Source: Thermoplasmata archaeon (GTDB lineage: Archaea > Thermoplasmatota > Thermoplasmata > Thermoplasmatales > Thermoplasmataceae). Taken from it: 64,000 bases of DNA. Within the stretch, counting starts at the first letter, position 1, and each line of letters begins with the position of its first letter. Location of the stretch: positions 22,259 to 86,258 of the forward strand of contig JAKAWU010000001.1 in the NCBI GenBank assembly GCA_021816965.1, in the 5' to 3' direction. A model generated the notes under the pieces. It saw only the letters and a list, made by a program, of their open reading frames with translations. It was not told the origin of the DNA and ran no database searches. Of this stretch, positions 40,224-49,465 are shown one piece after another. Made by a program: the position numbers and the translations under genes.

Positions 40224-40842
40224 GTTTTACGAAAATGTCTATACTGAAAATGTATACAATGCAAGAAAGAAAACCTATAATGCTTAATACAGAAATTTAC
40301 ATAAAACTTAGAAGATTTATTGAATCCTATTCTGAGAAAATAAACAGATCATACTCATTCAGCGATGCTATCGGGTTCTTGTTAAGAAAGCCCTTTTTCA
40401 TCTATACAGTTGATGAAAACCTCAGGGATTACGTTCTTGCTTTTTTGCCAAGATCACCAGACATGAGGATGTCCTTGGTGTACTGCTTTTCGGATCTGTT
40501 GCAAAAGGTACCCACTCGCGTAACAGTGATATTGATATAATGATCATAAGTGCATCGGGTTTTCTGGAAACTCTCAGAGAGATCAGTGCGTGCCTGCAGG
40601 AATTGGACTCACTTCATGTTGAATTGCTTCTGAGAAAAGGATTGCTTATGAATATAGCTCCATTAATAATAACTCAGACTTCTCTGAATGAATTTAACCC
40701 AATATATTTTGATTTTGCAGATTATGGGATTCCACTCTTTGATCGGAATATGATACTTGAAAAATTTTTAATTGACATAGAGAAAATACCTCATGAAAGA
40801 AGACCTTACGCTGATGGGGAAATACTGGAGTGGGCTAAATGA
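40220..40842 (+). pseudogene. RHH-like + minimal nucleotidyltransferase (MNT) fusion, split by a frameshift at a T6 run
   Basis: Adding one T at 40441-40446 joins the two track ORFs via AKITRHEDVLGVLLFGSVAKGTHSRNSDIDI (GS-x10-DxD). The exact start is uncertain (40220/40250/40259). Confidence 0.75.
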
Positions 40843-41273
40843 CTGATAAACTTATTGCAGAAGCAAAGAGTTGGCTCAAGAGTGGAATTCTGAATCAGGA
40901 AGGGAAAAATTATTCCAAGAGTGTGTATGCTTTGGAAATGACCCTTGAGATGGCGCTCAAGTCAGTTGTTGCATCATCTGGAAGAGATGCTCCAAGAAGG
41001 CATGACATTATCCCTCCTCTCGAGGAATTAATTCTATCAAAACCAAAAATATTTTCCACTGAATTCAAGAATTCGTTCATTTCCATAAAACCAGTATTCA
41101 TGGAACTCCTCGTTGTAAGACAGGCAAGCGCCTATAGTTATGAAACATCGATTAAAGAGGAAGATTTTAGGACCATTTTTGAACAGAATTATCATCCTGT
41201 TGAAAACATGATTGAGGCATGTGAAAAGGAACTTAAACGAAAAGAAGGGAATCTTTCTGAAAAGAAAAAGTAA
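40839..41273 (+). CDS. HEPN-domain protein (MNT-HEPN partner)
   Basis: ATGA overlap with the MNT gene, plus LEMALKS, PRRHDI and RQASAY, the pattern of archaeal HEPN-MNT pairs. Confidence 0.8.
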   Translation: MTDKLIAEAKSWLKSGILNQEGKNYSKSVYALEMTLEMALKSVVASSGRDAPRRHDIIPPLEELILSKPKIFSTEFKNSFISIKPVFMELLVVRQASAYSYETSIKEEDFRTIFEQNYHPVENMIEACEKELKRKEGNLSEKKK

Positions 41274-41401
41274 GTTTTTCTATTATAAATAAACTCTTCA
41301 CTTGCATTGCAGTAAACACTCGTTTTTTTATTGAGAATATATACCAAAATATAGAAAAATGAAAATAGACATTTTGTCTGCACTGATTAGAGGTAAAACG
41401 T

Positions 41402-41803
41402 ATGCACGGGAAGATCCTGTTTGTCTGTGTCGAGAATGCTGGAAGAAGCAAGATGGCTGAAGCATTTGGGATGAAGTATGGGCTTGATTGCAGAAGCGCT
41501 GGAACCATGCCTTCAGACAGGGTAAATCCTGACGTGGTTAAAGTCATGGATGAGATCGGAATTGCCTTGAATTCTGGAAAACCTTCCATGCTTACTGAAG
41601 AGATGGTTATAAACGCTGACAGGGTGATCACGATGGGATGCTCCGTGGAGGAGGCCTGCCCTGCAATTCTTTACCGTAACATTGCAAGGAAATTGACTGA
41701 GTGGGATCTGCCTGATCCAAAAAATAAGAGCATGGATGAGATCAGGGAAATTAGGAACAGGATTGAAAAACTTGTAAGGGAACTTTCCGAGAATGAACAT
41801 TGA
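41402..41803 (+). CDS. arsC: Arsenate reductase, LMW-PTP fold
   Basis: CVENAGRS P-loop, SAGT, TMGC...ACP and WDLPDP. Confidence 0.88.
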   Translation: MHGKILFVCVENAGRSKMAEAFGMKYGLDCRSAGTMPSDRVNPDVVKVMDEIGIALNSGKPSMLTEEMVINADRVITMGCSVEEACPAILYRNIARKLTEWDLPDPKNKSMDEIREIRNRIEKLVRELSENEH

Positions 41804-43076
41804 TCTTGCCATTTCTGTTGCCATATTTGCGGTATCTCTTTTCATGGTGATAAAGAAACCATTCAGGATCGATATTGGTTATTCTGCACTCATAGGGGCC
41901 CTTGTCACTGCAGTTCTTGGACTCATTACTCTCGATCAGGTAATCACAGTTCTGAGCATAGTCTGGAATGCTACCCTGACCTTTGTTTCTGTAGTGATCA
42001 TTTCACTCATATTCGATGAGTCAGGTGTGTTCCACCACCTGGCGCTTAAACTTATGAAGCTCTCCCAAGGAAGCGGCGTGAGACTGTTTACTTATGTGAT
42101 TATAGGTGGAGCATTCATATCTGCCATATTCGCAAATGATGGAACTGCACTGGTGCTCACACCAATCATAATTTCCCTCCTTTCAAGGGCAGGCTTCAGG
42201 GAGAAATCCATCATAGCATACGTTATGGCAGTCGGATTCATCGCTGATTCAGCCAGTATACCGCTCCTTGTAAGCAATCTTGTGAACATCATCGCCGCCA
42301 CCTATTTCGGAATTGCATTCTTTCCCTATATGGAGATAATGATCCTGCCAGATCTTGTAAGTGTTGCTGCAAGCCTTGTATTCTTATATATCTTTTACAG
42401 GAAGGATATTCCAAAAAAATTCAACTCCGAGTATAATGTTGAGGAAGACTATATCAAGGACAGGACAGTCTTCAGGCTGTTTTATCCTGTTATCATAGCA
42501 CTGATCATACTGTACTCAATTGGAGGATTTTTCTCCATACCCATAGCATTTGTTGCAATGCCTATGGCCCTGTTCATGGTTCTTCTCTCAAGAAGAGGGA
42601 AGGCAATAGATTACGTGAAGGTTGTGAAAGAAGCCCCATGGCAGATAATAATTTTCTCCCTTGGCATGTATATTGTTGTCTTTGCAATGGCTGAGCATGG
42701 TCTTGCTTCCATGCTCTCTTCCGTGCTCCTGTATTTCAGCTCTTATCCATATGGACTTAATTTTGTCATATCAGGCTTCATATTTGCATTCACTGCATCC
42801 ATAATGAACAACCTACCTTCAGTCCTTCTTGGTGATATTGCACTGAAGACTGGAGGCTTCTCAGGATACATTGTCCTCACAAACGCCATAGGAAATGACA
42901 TAGGGCCAAAGTTCACACCCATAGGCTCACTTGCCACACTGGTTTGGCTATACATGATTAAGAGAAAAAGTGGAATAAAAATCAGGACAGTTGATTACAT
43001 GAAAACTGGCTTATTTGTGGGCATTCCAGTACTCACACTGACACTTCTTTCCCTTTGGGTTGAGACAATTCTCTAA
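41793..43076 (+). CDS. arsB: Arsenite efflux pump
   Basis: IVWNATLTF, FANDGTALVLTP, VSNLVNI, MNNLPS and GPKFTPIGSLAT. Confidence 0.93.
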   Translation: MNIDLAISVAIFAVSLFMVIKKPFRIDIGYSALIGALVTAVLGLITLDQVITVLSIVWNATLTFVSVVIISLIFDESGVFHHLALKLMKLSQGSGVRLFTYVIIGGAFISAIFANDGTALVLTPIIISLLSRAGFREKSIIAYVMAVGFIADSASIPLLVSNLVNIIAATYFGIAFFPYMEIMILPDLVSVAASLVFLYIFYRKDIPKKFNSEYNVEEDYIKDRTVFRLFYPVIIALIILYSIGGFFSIPIAFVAMPMALFMVLLSRRGKAIDYVKVVKEAPWQIIIFSLGMYIVVFAMAEHGLASMLSSVLLYFSSYPYGLNFVISGFIFAFTASIMNNLPSVLLGDIALKTGGFSGYIVLTNAIGNDIGPKFTPIGSLATLVWLYMIKRKSGIKIRTVDYMKTGLFVGIPVLTLTLLSLWVETIL

Positions 43077-43125
43077 ATATTCGTAAGCTTGAAAATGCTT
43101 ATTATTGCAGGTAAACTACAGGTTT

Positions 43126-45114
43126 ATGTACCTGCAATACTCTTACATTTTTTACATCCTAGCGGTACTTGCATTAATTATGGGCATATCCACATCACTT
43201 ATACTTAAATATGCCATAAGATCGAAAGATCATCTCCAGAAATTATTTTCCTATATATTACTGGCTATGATGAATTCTATGCTGGGAGCCCCTGCCATTT
43301 ATTATTCCGGCATCATACACGTTACTGTAACTGACGTATTTCTTCTCTCTGCTGGTATCATGGCCGCAGAATCTGTCTATCCACTCATAATTTTCATACA
43401 GGGAATTGAAAATGGAAAAATGAAGGAAATAAACTGGAAAGTGTTTGTCTTCTTCACGATATTTGATGAATATCTCATGAGCCTAGATTTTAATTCCATA
43501 ATAAGTACCCACAGTATCCTGAACCAATACGGGAATGCATATCTCAACCTCATCCTAGTGCCTCTTTCTTCCATATGGTTCATTCTTCCCATGAGCCTTG
43601 AAATGATTCTCACCACAGTATTGATTCTTGGAAGACGCGATGCAGACGGTGTGGCGTTTATCACAATGCAGTCCGTTGTGATGCTATTCACCCCAACTGC
43701 CATAATTTCAGGCCTGTGGACCTCCATTTCGGTTTATACCGGAGGAGCAGCTATGACGGCACTTCTTGTCTTTGTATTCCATTATATGTACAGAAAAGGC
43801 TATGCTGAGAAAAAATTTGGTACATACATCAACAGGATCGTTGCAGCATACTGCATCATGATGGCTGGAGTTCTTATTTTTCAATATTATGGGAATGTGA
43901 TGGTAGTATCTGCTTCCATTCTTCTGGAGATGATCATCTATCTTCATTACGTGTTCCAGTACGAATCAGGGGGAAAAAAGGAAAAAATTTACTGGCTTGC
44001 AAACAGGAAATGGACAACACTCTTCCTCCTGAATGTGTTCATTGCGGAAGTTGGAATGGGTGCGACCTTTGATTTTCAGTATTTTGGTGCCATTGGTTTC
44101 ATTTCCGGGCTTCCGTTTGTACCTCTGTCAATGTCTGTTTATTCTATACCTTCTGCTATGTTTGATTCCATAATTTTTGTAGCTGGAATCACAGGATCCC
44201 AATGGTTCCTCATTATGATGGGAATTGAGATGGGTGCCATGGTCATAGTAAAGATTCTGAAAACGAAAGAAATCGGGAACAGGATCAGGCTATCTCTTAT
44301 GCTTATGGCATATGCCATTTACACCATTTTCCTTCCATATTTCGTTTTCACCTCAAGTCTCCCCTCTTATCCTTTCTTCGGTTGGTCCATGGGCATAGGA
44401 ACTGCAGGAGGGTTATCTTCTGCACTCATTGTGCCAATGCTGCTCACCTATGTTATAAGCGGCTCCCTTTCAGTTCTCTTCGGGGCCAGGCAGCTTTGCT
44501 CCGTTTTCTGCACTGCTCCAGTTATGTACCAGGGAGCATTTTATGGCGACATGAAGATTTACAACAGGAGTTCTCCAACGGGAAAGAAGATAAGTCTGCA
44601 TGGCGAGAAGGAAACTAAAATATACAGGGTTGTTTCAATTTCTGTATATCTTTCGCTTGCGATCACATCCCTTATCTCCATCCTTGACAGTTATTTCAAA
44701 TTCAATTTGTATTTATTTGGAATAGATCCTCTTGCATTCACCTATGTGATTATCTTCGACATAATGTGGTATGCTGTCTTCGTAACCATGCCCTATTTTG
44801 GATCCTACGGATGCATAAACACAGGTTACTGCCACTGGGGAAACTTCAACAGGTGGATTGCCAGATTCGGATTCTTCAAGCTCAAAGTGAAAAGTACAGA
44901 CATGTGTGTAACCTGTGAGAGCAAGGCCTGTGCAACTGCTTGTCCCGTGGGCAATTCCTCCCACCCGGGCTCATTCATATCAAGCGGAGAGTGGAAAGGG
45001 AACAGATGTGTCGGAATTGGTGAATGTCTTGAGGCCTGTCCCTATGACAATATATTCTTCTATGATGTGAGAAACTACATGAAGGAAAGATTAAGGGCTG
45101 GGAAGAGGCAATGA
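43126..45114 (+). CDS. Polytopic membrane protein with a C-terminal NapH/FixG-like Fe-S module
   Basis: Many TM segments, then CSVFCTAP, GCINTGYCHWG, CVTCESKACATACP and CVGIGECLEACP. The ATG at 43126 is about 28 bp after CTTATTAT (the track uses TTG 43105). Confidence 0.85.
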   Translation: MYLQYSYIFYILAVLALIMGISTSLILKYAIRSKDHLQKLFSYILLAMMNSMLGAPAIYYSGIIHVTVTDVFLLSAGIMAAESVYPLIIFIQGIENGKMKEINWKVFVFFTIFDEYLMSLDFNSIISTHSILNQYGNAYLNLILVPLSSIWFILPMSLEMILTTVLILGRRDADGVAFITMQSVVMLFTPTAIISGLWTSISVYTGGAAMTALLVFVFHYMYRKGYAEKKFGTYINRIVAAYCIMMAGVLIFQYYGNVMVVSASILLEMIIYLHYVFQYESGGKKEKIYWLANRKWTTLFLLNVFIAEVGMGATFDFQYFGAIGFISGLPFVPLSMSVYSIPSAMFDSIIFVAGITGSQWFLIMMGIEMGAMVIVKILKTKEIGNRIRLSLMLMAYAIYTIFLPYFVFTSSLPSYPFFGWSMGIGTAGGLSSALIVPMLLTYVISGSLSVLFGARQLCSVFCTAPVMYQGAFYGDMKIYNRSSPTGKKISLHGEKETKIYRVVSISVYLSLAITSLISILDSYFKFNLYLFGIDPLAFTYVIIFDIMWYAVFVTMPYFGSYGCINTGYCHWGNFNRWIARFGFFKLKVKSTDMCVTCESKACATACPVGNSSHPGSFISSGEWKGNRCVGIGECLEACPYDNIFFYDVRNYMKERLRAGKRQ

Positions 45115-45981
45115 ATTTCCTGTTGATTCTGAATCTTCCTGGAATACCCTGAAAGCCATTGAGAAATAGAATATCATAGAGAATATCATAGAGAATGAAA
45201 AGATTATCCACTGGATTCCAAAGTATGAATTCACCAGCACAGGTTCCACGAGGCCCATGGCTGACATAAATATAATAATAGTAAAATAGAGGACCTGCTT
45301 ATTCCAGCCTTGCTCCAGTGAATCCCTGTTTGAATTTACATATGAAAACACATAATATATTGTAAAAAGCATCACTGCTGTGAATATTACTGAGCCAGGC
45401 AGGATGTACTGAGAGGGGCCCAGTATGGCAGGATCGGCCAACTGCATCAGTATGATGGATATGGAGAGTTTCCTCCTGAAATAAGTGTGTTGTACCAGAA
45501 ACAGTACAGTAAACATCTCCACTACCATAGGTATCACGAACAGGTAATTTGTCACTGAAAAACCAATCATATTGAGCAATTCAAGGTACACATTTCCTGT
45601 TCCAAAGCCGTAGGCGAGGATATAGAGTAAAAATGCCATCGACACTTCATTCCATCCTACAAGGACAGCAATCCACATTCCATGGCTTCGAGTCATATGT
45701 TTCATGTTTCCATTGAAGGAAGAGACCAGGAGATAGGAGAGGAAAACTGACATTTCAAACATTGAGATATTTATCGCCGTTACCTGATTGATGAAGCCGT
45801 TTGGGGCTATGAGAAAATAAGTGATGCTGTTAAGCATTCCTGACATCATAGCAAGGAAAAATACCAGTATTCCTATTTCCCTTGTCTTTAATCTTTCATA
45901 GAATTTAGACACATAGTATACAGAATAAGCTATGAATGGTGTCATCAAAATTTCAACGAGAATTATAAATAGAAAAGCCAC
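45091..45981 (-). CDS. Polytopic membrane protein, paralogous to the N-terminal domain of the convergent Fe-S protein
   Basis: GTG start, about 9 TMs, and shared LAMMxxML, ExxM and PMxxEM motifs. Confidence 0.8.
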   Translation of the reverse strand: MAFLFIILVEILMTPFIAYSVYYVSKFYERLKTREIGILVFFLAMMSGMLNSITYFLIAPNGFINQVTAINISMFEMSVFLSYLLVSSFNGNMKHMTRSHGMWIAVLVGWNEVSMAFLLYILAYGFGTGNVYLELLNMIGFSVTNYLFVIPMVVEMFTVLFLVQHTYFRRKLSISIILMQLADPAILGPSQYILPGSVIFTAVMLFTIYYVFSYVNSNRDSLEQGWNKQVLYFTIIIFMSAMGLVEPVLVNSYFGIQWIIFSFSMIFSMIFYFSMAFRVFQEDSESTGNSLPLPSP

Positions 45982-46044
45982 AAGACCTAATTTAAAAAGA
46001 ATATAAAAAAGTTAAAAAAAATTGGTATTTGGTGTTTAATATTT

Positions 46045-48939
46045 TTATGCTGGCGCTGGCGCAAAGTCATTGTACAGGAAGTACCCACCTGCCCAAACCG
46101 TTCCAAGCTGATATTCCTGAGCCTGTGTGAAATTCACAGATGTGGAAAGCACAAGGAATACGTTTGACTGATCCACATACGTATAGTATGACATGTTTAT
46201 GAGCATGTTGTTTTCCTGATGGAACCAGTACAAGGCCAAGGTTGAGTTTACCTGTTCTGTTCCGTTTGTGTATGCGGAAAGCATCTGGTCCATTATTTTT
46301 GCCTCAGTCACATTGTGGTATGGGTTTGACGTGTTGTATCCGAACCACCATGGTGTGAAGTCATTTGGGCCAGGGTATGTTGATAAATTCAGTGGGTTAG
46401 CCATAGGCTGCAGATAGTCTGTTGGGTACGGGTAGTCTGGGAGCCATCCAAGTTCATATATAGGCATTGGATTATTTGCCTGTACCTGATTAGCTATCAG
46501 AGTTGGGAATGCAGCTGGCACTATCGGGAAATCTTTGTACGGATTGCCAGTGATGAGTGCAAGATTCTTTGCCCATGCTGTTGCTCCATTGAGGTCCACT
46601 GGATCAGCAGAGAATATATATATTGGAACGTCGAGAGCTGAACCATTGTATTCCCATGAACCGCTTACATTTGTAAGTGTCATATGGTCTGCTATTATGT
46701 TTGAGTTGCTGTTCCAGTTATGAACAAATATGTTCCAGTTCTTGTGTGCAAGATTCATGTTGAATCCTATTCCTGCCTGCTGTCCCCATGATGTACTGTT
46801 AATCTGTGAGTAAGAAACTCCACCTAACATTCCGACAGGTATCATACCTGCATAATTTGATGCAAAGTTGACTGAAGGAGTGTATAGTGCATTTCCAATA
46901 TCATAGTTAAGGTACTGGTTATGGTTGTATGCAAACTGGAATGCTCTCCTGGCATGCAGAGATGTGAACATGTCGAATGGCATATTTATTCCTGGAGAAT
47001 CTGTTGCTGCTGAGGTCAAGTTAACATTTGCATTGAAGTTGTACCAGGTAAGGATTATACTGCTTGTTTCAGCAACATTAACCTGATGATTTGCCTGAAG
47101 TGACTGTACCTCATTCCATGAAGAGGTTGGGATTCCAGCAGCCTGTGCTGATCCACCCTTAAGGAGCAGGTATGTCGTTGTGGGTTCAGCAATATACTCA
47201 ATTATGACGAACTTGTAACTAGGAGCCAATATCCATTTGTTTGGAGAAACAAAGTTCGGGTTTGCTTCCATTACAACTTTACTGCTCTGGGATACTGAGT
47301 ACAGGAAGTAAGGACCGCTTGCATCTACATGCGTCTGTACATACTTGTTCCAGTTTATCGGGCTACCCTCCAAAATGTAATTTGCAAATCCTGATCTATT
47401 GAATGTTATTCCAGCTCCGTGCTGTATGAGCCATGATGCGCTTGTTATGTAAGTTCCTGATGTGTAGAACAACTGATATACCAAGTCCTCGGACATTGGA
47501 ACCTGGAAGTGCATAGTCACTGTGTTTGATTTATTACTGTAAGTCATGTTTTGCGTTATGTTGTAGAATGATGCTGATGCAAAATAGTTTCCTGGCAGAA
47601 GGTACTGTGCGATTATCCATCCGGGGTTGTATGTTCCTGGCGATCCTGTGAACAGGAGGTCCCTTACAAGTGAATAGTACACATCATATGCTGTAACAGG
47701 TGTTCCATTCTGGAAAGTTGCATTTTTGTTTATGGTGAATGTATAGTTGCTACCTGGAACTACAGTTATGTTGTACGTGAATGAGGTGCTTCCGTATCCT
47801 GCAGTTGTTTTATTGAATGTAGCAGTGTAATTGTGATAATGTGCATTAACTCCATGTCCAATAGTTGGAAGGAATGCTGCAAGGTATGGCGAGTAACCTG
47901 TAACGCTTGATCCGTTATACATAGTGAGCTGCTGGTACGTGTTTGCAAGTATTTCATCACTTACCGTATCGTAAGCAAGCTGTGGGTCAAGTGTCCTGAA
48001 ACCGCCTGTTTCCAATTCTGCATTTGTGAATGTTCCTGTCAACTGTCCCTTCAGATATGCTGGAAGAACGACGAGAGAGGAAGTTGGCAGAGCTACAAAG
48101 TCATAGTATGTTGTAACGCTTGTTGCGTTGCTTGACGTTATTTTTCCAGTAGTTAAATTAACATAACCCGTATAAGTAATTATCTTTGCTACTGAATACC
48201 CATTGTATGAAGATGCGCTCAAGTTGAAAATTGGAGAGCCGTTGAGTGCATATGCTCCAGAAGTAGCATTGAACACATAGTTGAAATATAACGATTTTGT
48301 CGTACCACTGTGATATATTGTGACTGTCTGGTTATATATCTGGTATAATCCACTGCTCGGTTCTGTATAGTAAGCAATTTCAAGCGCAATGTTACCACTG
48401 TTTGTGTATATGTTTGAAGCAGTGATACTAGAATGAACTGCAGTTGTATAGGACTTGTTGGTAAAAATTAAACCTGCGGACTGATTTTCGTTTACATTTG
48501 GGGTTATGGTCTTCACCGGTGCGACGTATGAAGGTGTGCTTGCTCCGTTAGAATAAGTACCGTTGGATTCGAATATATAGTCTCCTCCTATTGCGTAATT
48601 ATGCTTCATTGTAGCATTACCGTTTGAAAGATTTAGATAGACACCATTGGAAAGCCCAGTTGTACTCGCTGTGCCACCTGTAAGATCACCAAACTGATAG
48701 GAGATCGATTTTACTGGACTTCCATAATTTACCTGGAACGTATAATTTGTTCCTGCACCCTGTACCTCTGTTATGCTACCCTTTTTAGTATTGCTGCTTG
48801 TTGACAAATCGTATGCGATTGCAACTGCGGCAACAACCAATATTACAGCTACAGCTATCGCGATCCATTTGCCCTTTCCACCTAAGGAAGAGGGTTTGAA
48901 GGATGCTGATGAGCCGCCTGTACCACTATTTTCTGTCAT
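46045..48939 (-). CDS. oppA: Oligopeptide ABC transporter substrate-binding protein (family 5) with an N-terminal PKD-like extension
   Basis: N-terminal TM, TLDPQLAYD, FQNGTPVTAYDVYYS, SGPYFL and GWLPDYPYP. Confidence 0.9.
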   Translation of the reverse strand: MTENSGTGGSSASFKPSSLGGKGKWIAIAVAVILVVAAVAIAYDLSTSSNTKKGSITEVQGAGTNYTFQVNYGSPVKSISYQFGDLTGGTASTTGLSNGVYLNLSNGNATMKHNYAIGGDYIFESNGTYSNGASTPSYVAPVKTITPNVNENQSAGLIFTNKSYTTAVHSSITASNIYTNSGNIALEIAYYTEPSSGLYQIYNQTVTIYHSGTTKSLYFNYVFNATSGAYALNGSPIFNLSASSYNGYSVAKIITYTGYVNLTTGKITSSNATSVTTYYDFVALPTSSLVVLPAYLKGQLTGTFTNAELETGGFRTLDPQLAYDTVSDEILANTYQQLTMYNGSSVTGYSPYLAAFLPTIGHGVNAHYHNYTATFNKTTAGYGSTSFTYNITVVPGSNYTFTINKNATFQNGTPVTAYDVYYSLVRDLLFTGSPGTYNPGWIIAQYLLPGNYFASASFYNITQNMTYSNKSNTVTMHFQVPMSEDLVYQLFYTSGTYITSASWLIQHGAGITFNRSGFANYILEGSPINWNKYVQTHVDASGPYFLYSVSQSSKVVMEANPNFVSPNKWILAPSYKFVIIEYIAEPTTTYLLLKGGSAQAAGIPTSSWNEVQSLQANHQVNVAETSSIILTWYNFNANVNLTSAATDSPGINMPFDMFTSLHARRAFQFAYNHNQYLNYDIGNALYTPSVNFASNYAGMIPVGMLGGVSYSQINSTSWGQQAGIGFNMNLAHKNWNIFVHNWNSNSNIIADHMTLTNVSGSWEYNGSALDVPIYIFSADPVDLNGATAWAKNLALITGNPYKDFPIVPAAFPTLIANQVQANNPMPIYELGWLPDYPYPTDYLQPMANPLNLSTYPGPNDFTPWWFGYNTSNPYHNVTEAKIMDQMLSAYTNGTEQVNSTLALYWFHQENNMLINMSYYTYVDQSNVFLVLSTSVNFTQAQEYQLGTVWAGGYFLYNDFAPAPA

Positions 48940-49090
48940 TTTTTGCCTCCGTTAGCATAGTCATAAAAATTATAGTATATAAAGGTATTTTTTTTTATGG
49001 GTCTTTTATATACATTGCCCGAGTGTGCATGAAGTCGTACTTCCCTGATAATATACAAATTTTGTTAGATAAATTCTTGTTCCATAGTAA

Positions 49091-49465
49091 TTATACACCG
49101 TATATTTTTTTCCTGAGTGTATTCAAATAGAATTTTATCTCGTAATAGAACAACAGGCATTCGAGAATTGTGATGAATAAGAAGTAGTATACATTGTAAA
49201 TACCCCATATGGTAAGATATGGATATGGCAAGATACTTACGACGTTCAAAAACTGCGTAGAGTAAAAAGACTGGAATACAACTATCAGGATATTAAAAAA
49301 TAATATTCCGAAAAAATAGAAATATCTGAAAAAATCAGAAAAAATATATTGAAAGATCTCTTTCCAACTTAATTCATTTGAAGAGCGCATCCATCTGCTG
49401 TTTTCAATATTTTTATCCCTAGAGGTTAATACTGGGTTTCTCTTCCTCTCCCTCTGCTTCTCCAT
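49091..49465 (-). CDS. Small aromatic-rich 2-TM protein inside the opp operon
   Basis: Basic N-terminus followed by two F/Y/I-rich hydrophobic segments. It overlaps the oppF 3' end, and the start is uncertain (49465/49486/49519). Confidence 0.6.
   Translation of the reverse strand: MEKQRERKRNPVLTSRDKNIENSRWMRSSNELSWKEIFQYIFSDFFRYFYFFGILFFNILIVVFQSFYSTQFLNVVSILPYPYLTIWGIYNVYYFLFITILECLLFYYEIKFYLNTLRKKIYGV

Noticed and set aside
45169-45196. 12-bp tandem repeat (GAATATCATAGA x2)
   Set aside because: It is a short in-frame coding duplication (FSMI-FSMI) within a TM helix and is not array-like.
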